From Mobula hypostoma (taxonomy: Eukaryota), in NCBI RefSeq assembly GCF_963921235.1, contig NC_086097.1, positions 17,918,001-17,980,000 of the forward strand: 62,000 nucleotides of DNA. The letters are read 5' to 3'. Positions 38,093 through 52,100 of this stretch are shown piece after piece; within the stretch, counting starts at the first letter, position 1, and every line of letters begins with the position of its first letter. Under the pieces are notes generated by a model, which worked only from the letters and a program-made list of their open reading frames with translations, was not told where the DNA came from and made no database searches. The translations under genes and the position numbers were made by a program.

Positions 38093-39022
38093 AATTGTTA
38101 CGGTTAAGTTTTTTTAAAAAGAGATATAGGTGAGACATGTATCTTTGCATAAATATGCTTATCATGCAATGCACCACTATAGTCAGTAATTACAAGTACT
38201 GGATTAAACACAGTCTCACTGGCTGTACCAATATATGATTTATTATATTTTGTGCTTAAATTGAATGTTATGTTTTTCTCTGAGCCACTATCATCTACAC
38301 ATTGGCATCTGAGCTGCCAAATAGTCATCAGATGATCATCTTGTGTGTAGTTTTGAACAATTTTATCTTTAAATTTGCCACTGAAGTCAATGGAACTAAA
38401 TTTTGGAAAGCAAATACAACTTGTAATTACTGTCTATAGTTGTTGTATTGCATGTTAGGAATATTTATCCAAAGGTACATTTTTCACCTGCAGTATATCT
38501 CTTAAAAAAAACTTAACTGTGACAATTGATTTAAAACAAAATAGTTCTAGGATGTATGCTAGAAAATAAGATGACCTTAAAGTAATAAAAAATCTACAGG
38601 AATGATTTAGACAGAACATTTACAGTTAATCGGCATTCAATATGGACCTTAGATATGTGGGAAAGACTGCATTTAAAGTGAATGAATTATGAGACAGTGG
38701 TGGAAATAAGGGCCATTGACTAATGAGATGTTAGCCTCAAAACAGACCTCAAAAGTAGGGGACAAAGTAAGCATAAATAAACTTCTCTTGTGACAAGCCA
38801 TTGCAATTTGAAAATTGGTAATCTGAACTCAATTTGGATATTTTTCAAAATTTGTCTTAATTTAACATCTTGGACATTACACTGGATTACTGACCATCAA
38901 AATCCTTAGTGCAGAAACTGAATATAAGGTAGTGGGAGCTGGTTATGGCAGTTTGAAGATCGGAATGCCTGAGACATATAATCTTCACTGCTGTTGAAAA
39001 ATTTTTAAATCCATTTTTACAG

Positions 39023-39172
39023 ATCGTTCCAGTAGCTTTGAAGGCTTACAAGCAGAGGAGTGTGGAATTCTGAATGGCTGTGAAAATGGCCGATGTGTAC
39101 GAGTACAGGAAGGATACACCTGTGATTGTTTTGATGGGTTTGAGCTTGATATGACAAAAATGACTTGTGTAG
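39023..39172 (+). CDS. LTBP2: LTBP exon: C-terminal EGF-like domain
   Basis: TTTTACAG| (D)[55 protein letters not shown]; 150 nt, phase 1-1. [20 protein letters not shown] is an LTBP hallmark. Confidence 0.95.
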
Positions 39173-39514
39173 GTAAGTGAACATTTGCTTCCATGTAAAC
39201 TTTTTCTGCACTTTTTCAGATATCTGCCACCTCTGTTCACCAGTTGCCAACCTATCACAGAATTTTCAACCTTTAATCCCAAATACAACTGCTCCGCTCA
39301 TTGGTACAATTGCTGGCACTGTCTCTTCCAGCATTTCATCCCTTAACTTTTCTAAAATGTGTTGTTTACATCAACCTCATGAAATTTTTAAGAATGTAGG
39401 AACAAATGGGAATGTGAAGCTAATCAAACGTAATCACATTAAATGATGATGCTGACCCAGAAAACTTTTCTCCTTATTATCATATTCTTTAATAGGAAGT
39501 AATTACTAGAATGA

Positions 39515-39797
39515 GGGGACATAGCCTCATGATTTGGGGGAATTGATTTCGGTTGGAATAAGGAGAAACTGCTCTTCCCAGAGAGTAGTAAATCTGTGGA
39601 AATCTCTGCCCAGGGAAGCAATGGAGGCTACCTCATTAAATACACTTAAGACGCAATGAGATGGAATTTTGCATAGGAGGAGAATTAAGGGTTATGGGGG
39701 AAAGACAGCTGAGTTCACAGCCAAATCACCCATGATCTTATTGAATGGTGGAGCAGGTTCAATAGGTCAAATGGCCTAATCCTGCTCCTATTTCTTA
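39515..39797 (+). mobile_element. CR1 3' end fragment
   Basis: CCCAGAGAGTAGTAAATCTGTGG..CCTAATCCTGCTCCTATTTCTTAT, a typical CR1 3' end. Confidence 0.75.
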
Positions 39798-39799
39798 TA

Positions 39800-42397
39800 A
39801 AACGCTGGTGGGAGTTGTGTACAGGCCACCTAACAGTAGTAGTGAGGTTGGAGATGGCATTGATCAGGAAATTAGAAATGTGTGCAATAAAGGAACAGCA
39901 ATTATAATGGGTGACTTCAATCTACATATAGATTGGGTGAACCAAATTGGTAAGGGTGCTGAGAAAGAGGATTTATTGGAATGTATGCGGGATAGTTTTC
40001 TGAACCAACATGTTGAGGAACCAACTAGAGAGCAGGCCATTCTGCACTGGGTATTGAGCAATGAGGAAAGGTTAGTTAGCAATCTTGTCGCGCGAAGCCC
40101 CTTGGGTAAGAGTGACCATAAGTTGGTGGAATTTTTCATTAAGATGGAGAGTGATATAGTTAATTCAGAAACAAAGGTTCTGAACTTAAAGAAGGATAAC
40201 TTTGAAGGTATGAGACGTGAATTAGTTAAGATAGACTGCCAAATGATACTTAAAGGGTTGACGGTGGATATGCAAAGGCAAGCATTTAAAGATCGCATGG
40301 ATGAACTACAACAATTGTTCATCCCAGTTTGGCAAAAGAATAAACCAGGGAAGGAAGTGCACCCGTGGCTGACAAGGGAAATTATGGATAGTATCAATTC
40401 CAAAGAAGAAACATACAAATTAGCCAGAAAAAGCGGCATACCTGAGGACTGGGAGAAATTCAGAGTCCAGCAGAGGAGGACAAAGGGCTTAATTAGGAAA
40501 GGGAAAAAAGATTATGAGAGAAAGCTGGCAGGGAACATAAAAACTGACTGTAAAAGCTTTTATAGATACGTGGAAAAAAAAAGATTGGTTAAGACAAATG
40601 TAGGTCCCCTACAGACAGAAACAGTTGAATTGATTATGGGGAGCAAGGACATGGCAGACCAATTGAATAACTACTTTGGTTCTGTCTTCACTAAGGAGGA
40701 CATAAATAATCTTCCGGAAATAGTAGGGGAACGAGGGTCTAGTGAGATGGAGGAACTGAGGGAAATACATGTTAGTAAGGAAGTAGTGTTAGGTAAATTG
40801 AAGGGATTGAAGGCAGATAAATCCCCAGGGCCAGAAGGTCTGCATCCCAGAGTGCTTAAGGAAGTAGCCCAAGAAATAGTGGATGCATTAGTGATAATTT
40901 TTCAAAACTCTCCAGATTCTGGATTAGTTCCTGAGGATTGGAGGGTGGCTAATGTAACCCCACTTTATGAAAAAGGAGGGAGAGTGAAACTGGGGATTTA
41001 TAGACTGGTAAGCCTGACATCGGTGGTGGGGAAAATGCTAGAGTCAGTTATCAAAGATGTGATAACAGCACATTTGGAAAGTAGTGAAATCATCGGGCAA
41101 AGTCAGTATGGATTTGTGAAAGGAAAATCATGTCTGACGAATCTCATAGAATTTTTTGAGTATGTAACTAGTAGAGTGGATAGGGGAGAACCAGTGGATG
41201 TGGTATATTTGGATTTTCAAAAGGCTTTCGACAAGGTCCCACACAGGAGATTAGTGTGCAAACTTAAAGCACACGGTATTGGGGGTAAGGTATTGATGTG
41301 GGTAGAGAATTGGTTGGCAGACAGGAAGCAAAGAGTGGGAATAAACAGGACCTTTTCAGAATGGCAGGTAGTGACTAGTGGGGTACTGCAAGGCTCAGTA
41401 CTGGGACCCCAGTTGTTTACAATATATATTAATGACTTAGACGAGGAATTAAATGCAGCACCTCCAAGTTTGCGGATGACACGAAGCTGGGCGGCAGTGT
41501 TAGCTGTGAGGAGGATGCCAAGAGGATGCAGGGTGACTTGGATAGGTTAGGTGAGTGGGCAAATTCATGGCAGACGCAATTTAATGTAGATAAATGTGAA
41601 GTTATCCACTTTGGTGGCAAAAACAGGAAAACAGATTATTATCTGAATGGTGGCCGATTAGGAAAAGGGGAGGTGCAATGAGACCTGGGTGTCATTAAAC
41701 ACCAGTCATTGAAAGTGGGCATGCAGGTACAGCAGGCGGTGAAAAAGGCGAATGGTATGCTGGCATTCATAGCAAGAGGATTCGAGTACAGGAGCAGGGA
41801 GGTACTACTGCAGTTGTACAAGGCCTTGGTGAGACCACACTTGGAGTATCGTATGCAGTTTTGGTCCCCTAATCTGAGGAAAGACATCCTTGCCATAGAG
41901 GGAGTACAAAGAAGGTTCACCAGATTGATTCCTGGGATGGCAGGACTTTCATATGATGAAAGACTGGATCGACTAGGCTTATACTCTCTGGAATTTAGAA
42001 GATTGAGGGGGGATCTGATTGAAACGTATAAAGTTCTAAAGGGATTGGACAGGCTAGATGCAGGAAGATTGTTCCTGATGTTGGGAAGTCCAGAACGAGG
42101 GATCACAGTTTGTGGATAAAGGGGAAGCCTTTTAGAACCGAGATGAGGAAAAACTTCTTCACACAGAGAGTGGTGAATCTGTGGAATTCTCTGCCACAGG
42201 AAACAGTTGAGGCCAGTTCATTGGCTATGTTTAAGAGGGAGTTAGATATGGCCCTTGTAGCTAAAGGGATCAGGGGGTATGGTGAGAAGACAGGTATAGG
42301 GTTCTGAGTTGGATTTTCAGCCATGATCGTACCGAATGGCGGTGCAGGCTCGGAGGGCCGAATGGCCTACTCCTGTACCTGTTTTCTATGTTTCTAT
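39800..42397 (+). mobile_element. CR1 LINE family A, young, 5'-truncated within the endonuclease
   Basis: 580-aa ORF 39808..41550 (YRPPN, GDFN, SDH, YLDFQKAFD, QGSVLGP), frameshifted just before KFADD; ORFs 41709..42119 and 42110..42307; (TTTCTATG)n tail. Confidence 0.95.
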
Positions 42398-42469
42398 ATT
42401 CTTTCATATAATTCTTTGCAAATCATGTTTTATATGTCAATTTTAAATTTAGTTATCTGATCTATTGCA

Positions 42470-42940
42470 GCTGGCTGAGTCTACAAGCCTCTGCAGCCTC
42501 TTGAGATCCTGTGCATTGGGCCCTCCATAACAGGTTCTGACACAACCAGTCAGAATGCTCTATAACATACATTTATTGAAATGTGCAAGAGTCTTTGTTG
42601 ACATACCAAATAATCCTCAGACTCCAAGAGCTGCTTGCAAGCTGTCTTCATGATTTTATTAATGTATTGAGCCCAGGATTGATCCTCCAAAATGTTGTTG
42701 CCCAGGAACTTAAAGCTGCTCACCCTTTCCAACACTGACCCCTCAAGGCTGTGTCTCAAAACTTCCTCTTCCTGAAGTCCACAAGCAGTATCTTGGCTCT
42801 TGCTGATGAGTTTGAGACTGTTGTTGTGTTTCCACTCAACCAGCCAATCTATCCAACTCCTGTATGCCTCCTTGTTGCCATCTGAGATTTTACCAACAAC
42901 AATGGTGTTATTGTGAATTTATAGATAGTGTTTGAACTGC
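42470..42940 (-). mobile_element. Degenerate Rex1/Babar fragment
   Basis: ORF 42550..42759 [19 protein letters not shown]. Confidence 0.7.
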
Positions 42941-43413
42941 TTGATTGTGTTTGCCAAAGTCATATTCTGCAAAACTTCTAATATAACACTTGCGGATATT
43001 ATATTAGCTATGTCTTGATCAAATGTAATTTAGTGTTTTCCATGTTTTACACAGGAGGTCTGTTGTTCGGGGTGGAGATCATTAGTTTATTTTGTGATGG
43101 TGATTTCATTCCATTCTTTCCTCCAAGCTTTGAGGCCGACAAAAAAACTTGTACACTTGTCCAGCAAAGAAATGGGATATTGTGCAAGAAGGGGCTCTTT
43201 AAATCTGAGGGAACAGGGAGGATTTTGGTTATTTATGTGGATGACCACTAAGTTCACAGGTTTGTCACACAGATATCAGGATGAGCAATATTGGCCAATA
43301 GCATTGAATTAGTTTGAACGTTAGAGTTCTTGTGATTGGAAGTATTGCAAAATTTTATGCTGGATATCATTAAATTCAATGGTTTTACCTACCACCTTTA
43401 CTTTTTTTCCCAG

Positions 43414-43574
43414 ATATAAACGAATGTGATGATCTCAGTGATACCATACCGCTCTGCAGGAATGCAAACTGTGAGAACACAGAGGGGTCATATAAATGCA
43501 TATGTTTACCAGGCTATATGCTTTCACAGAATACTAATGACTGTATACTGGAAAGAGAAGCAGGACATCAATAA
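43414..43574 (+). CDS. LTBP2: LTBP terminal coding exon: calcium-binding EGF-like domain and stop
   Basis: TTTTTTCCCAG| (D)INECDDLSDTIPLCRNANCENTEGSYKCICLPGYMLSQNTNDCILEREAGHQ*; TAA at 43572-43574. Confidence 0.94.
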
Positions 43575-46380
43575 GAACCTCAGCACTGTCCCCTGGGAAG
43601 GGAATTGGAAGCACTTGGTGATTTATTTTAAGGGGAAAAATGTTTATTTTACTTGGGATTATCAATGTGAGTAAAGTTTCAATGATAAACCACAAATGTA
43701 CCAATGCAGTTACCTAACTTCTTAATAATTTATGCCTATGACTTTAAGAATAATTAAATTGGCAATGACTATATTTAGGAAACCAAAGTACAGAGACAAC
43801 GCAAAGAGCAAGTAGGCTGAGAATAAGCAAACACAGTACTTTCTTTGAATAATGAAAAAGTCTAAATTCCCAGACAGTCATATTTTCCTTATTTGGTCCA
43901 TATCTCTGTTCTCTGTTTGTGTGGTTTTGTGTTCTTGATCACATCTTTTTGGAGGGGGAAAAGGATAGCAACTAAAAATAGTGATGAAGGAAGTGCAAGT
44001 GTAATCGAGGAATTAACATTGTAATTTGAAGGCCCACATTTCACCTGCTGGCTGAATATTACAATGTGCATGGTTTCCATAGCAATAATATGAAAATAAT
44101 CTCTGCTAACCTGAGCATGTCTTAATTACTCCTGTGAAATTTCATTTGGTTGTACAGTATAAAAGTATGTATGACATCACTTATTTATAATGTTTGAATT
44201 TTTTTTTAATTCTAAACCCTAAATATTAATACAAAATGTCACTATATTTCATTCCTGTTGGTAAAAGCTCTCTTCAAATAATAGATTTCAGTACAAAGAC
44301 TGTAATGTTCCTACTGTCAGGTTAAAAATACATGTTGAAAATGTATTAAATCAGATGACAGGCAAGTGGATTACTGAAATCCAAGATATAAGTGCATCTT
44401 CTAAATTTATTAAAATTTTAATTCAATAAAGTGTGAAGGAGTAAACAAGTTCCTTGTGGTCAATAGAACATGCTGTGAATATTTGGTATATGTTAAAGGT
44501 TGGAGAGCAGAGGGCTCGATCCTGTCATACAGTGCTGATCAGAAATTTGCACTTTACCCTCTATCAACACCCAAACAGATGGCGTGCAAAGTCTGTAACT
44601 TTGGAAGGTTCGGAATATCACTTTGTGTGCTTCAGTTTTTTATTGGTTTCTTGTCCTTTAGATACTAAAGCTACCTGCAGAGCCCCTCCAAACCCGCACT
44701 CCCCCCCAAGCCAAACTTCATTAGATATGTTTGATACATGAAGTGACTTAAAAATTCCCTGCAATAACCTTGCTTTACAGAATTTTGTACTGTGGCAAAG
44801 GCCAGGGTAAGACATAGCCCAAACAATCATGGTTGGTGCCTAAAATCATATTATGCTACAGCAAAAAGTATAAGCTTGAACTTTGTCAAATTGAGGATTT
44901 ATACCTATTTGTTGTTGCAAAGGTTAGCTTAAAGGGATTTATCTGCCTATATCTTTTAAGAATAAATACTTATTTAAGAGTTTTTTTTAAACTCAAATCT
45001 TTTGGATTGTTTTCGTGAATATACCCCTGAAAATATAGTATCCTATTTGAAAATACTTCCATGGCCTCTACTCGGCTCTTTTAATGCTGATAAAATGTAG
45101 ACACATATTATCCAATATCAGCTGGTGCTGTTGTCTTCAGCCCAGTTGATTAAATGTACCGTTTGTACTTCAATGCCTTTTGTTACGTCAGTGTTCTAAG
45201 ATTGTATAGTCAATTGTTGATAAAGAAGCAATCTAACGAAAACATAGCTAGTAAATCGTAACCAGAGCAAAGCTGAAAGCTTCACATAATCTTTTGAATC
45301 TTTGAGGACATGCAGTTAAAAGAAATCTTAATGTAATAAGGAACAAGCAGAAATTTGGAGTGAAACAGGGTGTATAATATTCTGAATGATCTGGAAATGT
45401 ATTTTAATCAGAATCAGAATACGGAATCCTTTACTTTGCAATTGTTTTGAAAGAATGCTATTAGTTTATAAATGCACTTTAATTTTATTAGTATTAGTTC
45501 ACTTTGAAAGATTACCTCAGCTGCCCTGAAAATGAATTAAATGTACTTTTCTTTCCTTAGTTCTTCTCCCGAAAGTGTTGATTTTCATGTTTGGCTGTAC
45601 CTTCAGGAATTCCCCACATGTAATTACAGTAGTCATTCTTCATGTTTTCAAATGAACACTAGGATTGGATATCCTGATTTGCCTGATCATCCCCTAGTCT
45701 GAAAACTTTCATCAAGTGTGACAAGAAATGGCAGAGAAACACTGACCATTTTTCTCTTCCTGACCTATGAAAGCTCATGATAATTGCAGGGCTCTTCATT
45801 CTGATATTGGCTTTTGTGATAAGAAAGGAGGATTAAATCGGGAACAAATGTGGCTCAGCAGCTAACATTGTGATGTCAGATTATTCCTTTAAAATTACAG
45901 TAAGATTCTTATTTCACTTTGTAAGTTTATAAATTAAATAGTATAATAATTTGATAAAGTTAACGTGAATTCACATCTGTACATTTTAGGCTGGTATAAC
46001 AACTGTCCAAATCTTGCACATAGTGTGAATGTTTTGTTAGTCCTTCCAGTGACCTAACCAATGCTAAAGCAATTACAGATCAGTTATTGAAAATCTCAAG
46101 TAAAGGAAACATGTGAGTTTTTTTTCTTTTGTGTGTGTATTTTGTTTTTTTTTACATAATAAGCTCTGGTATATCTTGTAAATCATACTTGCTACTAAAG
46201 AGTCTGTAAAGCTACAACACCTGATTCCTGTACATGTTTTGTGGATACCTTTTTCATTCTCAAAAAGAAAGGAGCATATGTTTTGTACAGATTTATATAC
46301 AAAATACAATGTATTTAATGTTTTACACAAGATAAAGGTTGGTTATTTAGTAATAACATTAAAACTGTTTTCAGTTTGGG
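43575..46380 (+). promoter_or_regulatory. Putative long 3' UTR of the LTBP gene with alternative polyadenylation signals
   Basis: AT-rich and almost transposon-free. AATAAA at 44425-44430 and 44961-44966; ATTAAA at 46358-46363 with upstream TGTA motifs and a downstream T/GT-rich tract. Confidence 0.55.
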
Positions 46381-48335
46381 TGATTCTTTTACGAGTTTTT
46401 TGGTGAATTCTGGTATCTCATGCCGAAAATTTTAAGTGTTAAATGCTTTATCCATATTTCACTTTATTTTCTGTTGCAATATGTAGGTCATAAATGTATT
46501 TCCAGTAATGTACCATATAAAGTGCAAATGCTTTGCCCTGTAGAACAGTTCTATCAACCGATATGCAACACAATATGCAGTGATTCAAGAATGTAGCTCA
46601 TCACCAGTTACCCAAGTGCAATTGAGCCTTTCCAATGAAAGCCCATGTCCTGCAAAAAACAGGAAGAAAGTTGGTTACAGCTGCTTACACCAAATGTTCA
46701 AAAATAGTATTGACAGTATATCAAAGTATTCTGAAATTCTGTTCCATCATTTCAGTGGAACCCAGTTTTGGAAGTAGAATATATTACACAGCTTCTGTTT
46801 TATTAAACATTTAGTGCTAATCACTAAGGCCATTTTTTTTTCTCTCATACTTGAGACTAAAGTGGCAATTTCACAACATTGTACAGCTTTTAGAACAGAA
46901 AATCTGTGTGACGATGTGATGTGTTGTGCTCTCTTAAGAATATAAAAATTAGAACAAGTGTAGGGCATAAGATCTTGGATGATTGGACTTTGTCTCAGCT
47001 CTACTTTCCTGCCTGTTCTCCCTGAACCCTTGATAGCCCTAGAAACAAAGTATCTCTCTCTCTCATCAATGTATTCTGAATGAGGGAAAAGTATCACATG
47101 GAGGAAATTATCCCTTGATTATCCAAGGAATTTTAATTAGGTCACTTGGTTTAATTTTCAAATTTTCTTTGAGATTGGTATTTGCTTGTCATCTTAAAGG
47201 AGCAAGTGCGTCCGACTAAAAGCAGAGTGTCACTTTAATTGTGCTTTCTTGGTCAGTTTTTTTGTTATTCTTGAAGCCTGCATTATGATATTGGTTGGTT
47301 TCAGGTTTTTATAGATATGTCAGTTGTCATTAAAATTCTAATCAAAAGCCCATGTGTCTGTATTGTTAAAAAATAAAAACAGTTGCTACAAAGTACTAGT
47401 CTTGTTTCCAGGAATATTCCAGCTTCAGTGAAGTTTCCCATCACTTCCTCACAGTTGGAATCTCAAAACCAAGTAAAATACTTGATCTGTATTGTATAAA
47501 ATTAATTTGAAATTAAGTAAAAGTCCCTGGTCTTGATTTAACTACTGATAAGCATTCTTTTTTCAAAATTCATTGTAAAATGAGGCAACCAAATATAGGT
47601 AAGAAAATTCACATTCAGAATCTGATTTGCTTGCATAAAATCTCAGATGATGTGTATGCTAGGAAAGGTACTATACGTCAAGTGCTTGGCTGAATTACAA
47701 GGGAGCATATGTGAAGAGTTTTACCAAATCTTCCATTTAAGATGGTATACTGCTTCTACAAGAAACACTGTTCAAAAGCAATATCTGAAAATTGTAGGTT
47801 TTTTTATTTTTATCTTCTCATTTGTTCCAGTCACCTTGTTAAATATTCCATTGCCTAGACAATGAGTTGACGCTGCCTGTCCATCACTTCACTGTTGACC
47901 AGAAAAGTCACCTATGCCATCATGTATGAATTTATCATTTTCAACCCTGGAAATAAAAATAGTTGTAACTCAATCAGTTTTTTTTTTGCTTTATGTAACT
48001 CATATTGTGATTTGAAAACAAATGTAATTATTGTTCATTATAGGCCTAAAATCCTTAGCAGAAGAGGTTATTCCCAATAATTATTACCTGGCCCGGGGAT
48101 TCTAAGTAGTCCTTGTTGCTGGCAACTCTTTTCCCCATTCTAAACATTCATGCAGGTCAGCTGGTAAATATTATTTATGGGTTTCCGGTCAGAACATGCA
48201 AAGTAGCAACAGTAACAATACCATATTTATGTTTGCAATGAGGATTGGCTCTCCAAAGATCTTTACCAAATAAATTATTATTTTTTTCCCTTTACTACAT
48301 GGGTTGGGTTTTGGTGAATGGGGACTTAAAACTTG

Positions 48336-48469
48336 CAACACGCACAAAATGTCTCGGCTGGGAACGTCGACTGTACTTCTTCCTATAGATGCTGCCTGGC
48401 CTGCTGCGTTCCACCAGCATTTTGTATGTGTTGCTTGAATTTCCAGCATCTGCAGATTTCCTCATGTTT
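48336..48469 (+). mobile_element. Truncated Penelope-derived mini-element
   Basis: A short inverted arm CAACACGCACAAAATG joined to the terminus TCTCGG..AACGTCGACTG..CAGATTTCCTCATGTTTG; imperfect flanking repeat GGGGACTT..ACTTG. Confidence 0.75.
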
Positions 48470-48564
48470 GGGGACTTGTACTTGTTGAGTTTTGGAATAG
48501 AGGTCACCCAAGCAACCATTTCTGAAAAAAGATCATTCTTCCCTTAAAGTGGGAACACATTTCG

Positions 48565-49010
48565 ATAAGGTAGTAGAGAAGGTGAATGCCATGCTTGCCT
48601 TCATTGGTTAGGGTATTGAGTATAAAAGTTGAAAAGTGATGTTGCAACTGTGGAAGAGGTTCACCAGGATATGACTAGATTGAAGGTGATCTGATAGAGT
48701 TATATGGAACTATGAAAAGGATAGACAGGATAAATAATGTCTTTTTTTCAGGGTGGAATTGTCAAAGGCCATAGCCTTAAGGTGAGAGGGAATGTTTAAG
48801 CTAGATGTAAGGTGAATGGGAGTGCCTGGAATATGCTATTAGGGGAGGTGGTATAATCTGATAGCAATGTTTAAGAAGCATTTAAACAAACCCATGACTA
48901 CACAGGGAATAGAGGTAAATAAATCATGAGCATTTAGATGGGATTAGTTTCCTGCAAATGCAATGGGTGGGGCAGAATGATCCGTCATCTGTTCTTTAGA
49001 TTCTATATTA
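48565..49010 (+). mobile_element. Old CR1 3' fragment
   Basis: ATGCTTGCCTTCATTGGTTAGGGTATTGAGTATAAAAGTTG and later CR1 3' motifs. Confidence 0.65.
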
Positions 49011-49174
49011 ACTTCATATTTTAGAGCATCTTATTTACTTGGTGCTATACTACACTTGTTGATTAGATGATTCATGAAACTGAATTTCCTTCCTTCCTAT
49101 ACATTGCAACATGGCACGGGAAGTTACATTTATATCAATTACCTGAAAACACCGTCTGCTTATTAGCAGTTAAT

Positions 49175-52100
49175 CAGAAGATATAAGAGTAGAATTAGGC
49201 CATTTAGACCATTGATTCTACTCCACCTTTTCATCATGCCTGATCCAATTTTCCTGTCAGCCCCATTCTCCTGCTTTCTCTCCATATCTTTACATGCCAT
49301 GACCAATCAAGAATCTATCAATTTCTGTCTTAAATATGCATAAAGCTACAGATTAACCACTCTCTGGCTAAAGAAATTCCTCCATATCTTCTTTCTAAAA
49401 GGATGCCCCTTTATTCTGAAGCTGTGTTTTGTGGTCTTAGTCCATCAAGGCCTTTCACCATTCTGAATTCTAACCAATACAGGCCGAGAGCCATCAAAAG
49501 TTCTTCATATAACAAGCGATTCAATCCTGGAAATAATTTTCATGAACTTCCTTTGAACCCTCTCCAGTTTCAGCACATCCTTTCTAAGACAAGAGGCCCA
49601 AAACTGCTCACAATACTGCAAGTGAGGCCTCACCAGTGCCTTATAACGTTTTATTATTACATCCTGGTTTTTATATTCTACCTCTCTTGAAATGAATGCT
49701 AACATTGCATTTGCCTTCCTCACCACAAACTCAACCAGCAAGTTAACCTTTAGGGAATCCTATACAAACACTCATGTCCTTTTGCACTTCAGTTTTTTGT
49801 ATTTTTTCCTCCATCTAGAAAATAGTTAACTCCTATATTTCTTCTACCAAAGTGCATGACCATACACTTCCCGACACTGTACTCTATCTGCCATTTCTTT
49901 GCCCATTCTCCTAATCTAAGTCCTTCTGTAGCCTCTCAACTTCCTCAATACTACCTGCCCCCTCCCCACCCATCTTCATATCATCTGCAAGCTTTGCAAC
50001 AAAGCCATCAATTCCATCATCCAAATCATTGACATAGAAAGTAAAAAGAATCGGTTCCAACACGGACCCCTGTGGAACACCACTTGTCTCCGGCAGCTGG
50101 TCAGAAAAGACTCCCTTTATTCCCACTCTTTGCCTCCTGCCAGTCAACCACTACTTTATCCATGCTAGAATATTTCCTGTAATACCATGAACTTGTAGCT
50201 TGTTAAGCAGCCTCATGTGTGGCACCTTGTCAAAGGCCTTCTGAAAATCCTAGTACACAATATCAACTGATTCTCGTTTGTCTATCTTGCTTGTTACTTC
50301 TTCAAAGAAGTCCAACAGATTTGGCAGGCAAGATTTTCCCTTGAAACCATGCTGACTACAGCCTATTTTATCATGTGCTACCAAGTAGCCTGAGACCTCA
50401 TCCTTAATAATCAACTCCAACATCTCAACCACTGAGGTCAAACTAACTGGCCTATAGTTTACTTTCTTCTGCCTTTCTCCCTTTTTGAAGAGTGGAGTGA
50501 CAATTGCAATTTTCCAGTCTTCCGGAAACATTCTAGAATCTAGTGATTCTTGAAAGATCATCATTAATGCCTCCACAATCCCCTCAGCCACCTCTTTCAG
50601 AACCCTGGGGTGTACACCATCTGGTTCAGGTGAGTTATCCATTTTCAGGCTTTTCAGTTTCCCAAACTTTCTCTCTATTTATGGTAATTTAACACATTTC
50701 ATGCCCCCTGACACCTGGAACTTTCACAATACTTCCAGTGTCCTCCACAATAAAGAATAATGCAAATACTTTCAGTTTGTCTGCCATTTCCTTGTCCCCC
50801 ATTACCACTTTTTGATCATTTTCCAGCAATCCAATATCCACTCTCACTTCCCTTTTACACTTTATGTATCTAAAGAAACTTTGGGTATCCTCTTTAGTAT
50901 TATTGGCTAGCTTACTTTTGTATTCTATTTTTACCTTGAATATGTATTCTGTGCCTTACAAATCGCTTCCAGAAATTCCAGCCAATGTTCCTCTGCCATC
51001 ATCCCTGACAATGGTTCTTTTCCAATCAATTCCAGCCAACTCCTCTCTCATGGCTCGGTAATTCCCTTTACTTCACTGTAATACCGATGCATCTGATTTT
51101 AGCTTCTCCTCAAATTTCAGGGTGCAAGTAAACATATACTATGGTGACCTTCTCTAAGGGTTCTTTTACCTTAAGCACTCTAACCAATTCTGATTCATTG
51201 CACAACACCCAGTCCTGAATAACTGATCCTCTGGCAGGCTCAACCACGAGCTGCTCTAAAAAGCCATCTCACAGGCACTCAAAAAATTCCCCCTCTGAGA
51301 GTCCAGCACCAACCTGATTTTCTCAATCAACATGCATATTGAAGTCCCCATGACAATCGTAACATTGTCCTTGTGGCATGCATTTTCTATTTCCCGTTGT
51401 AATTTGTAGGCTACATCTTTACCACTGTTTGGGGGTCTGTATATAATTCCCTTCAGGGTCTTTTTACCCTTGCAGTTCCTTAGCTCTATCCACAATGATT
51501 CAACACCTTCTGACCCTATGTCACCTCTTTCTAATGATTTGATTTCATTTTTTTACCATCAGAGCAACTCCACCCCTATGCCTTCTGCCTATCCTTTCAA
51601 AACAATGTGCATCCTTGGATATTAAGCTCCCAGCTATAATTTTTCAACCATGATACAGTGATGTCTACAACATCATACCTGCATATCTGCAACTTTGCTG
51701 CACGTTCATCTACCATATATTACACGCATTCAACTACCACACCTTCAGCCCTGTATTCACACTTTAGGATTTTGTCCCCCTTTTACATTGCAACTGATCC
51801 TGTTGACTGCAATTTTGCTCTATCAACAGCCCCTCCTCTCTGAACATTGCCCGTTGGTAAACCAGCTACCTCATCTTCAGCACTATTAACTACCTCTCTA
51901 TATGTCCTATCTATCACTCCTTCAGCTTCCCAGGTTCATCCAGTTCCAGTTCCAACTCCTTAACATGATTTGTTAGAAGCTGCAACTGGATGCCCTCTCA
52001 CAGTTGTAGTGATCAGGGACACGTGAAGTCTCTCCCTATCTTTGCATATCTCTCAAGAGGAGCATTTCACTGTCCTGATTGGCATCTCTATTGTCCTAGC
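49175..52100 (-). mobile_element. CR1 LINE, decayed ORF2 with ORF1 remnant
   Basis: ORFs 51256..51495 (IYRPPNS), 50250..50642 (NYRPVSLTS, QHGF), 49911..50147 (PQGSVL, KLADD) and 49505..49741; 3' tail near 49175. Confidence 0.88.

Noticed and set aside
39808..41550. 580-aa ORF as a host gene or active retrotransposon
   Set aside because: It is CR1 ORF2, truncated inside the endonuclease and frameshifted before the catalytic FADD.
4458..43574. Fibrillin assignment for the TB/cbEGF exons
   Set aside because: The TB-cbEGF-cbEGF-TB-linker-EGF-cbEGF-stop order and the [12 protein letters not shown] motif are LTBP features; there is no fibrillin C-terminal domain.
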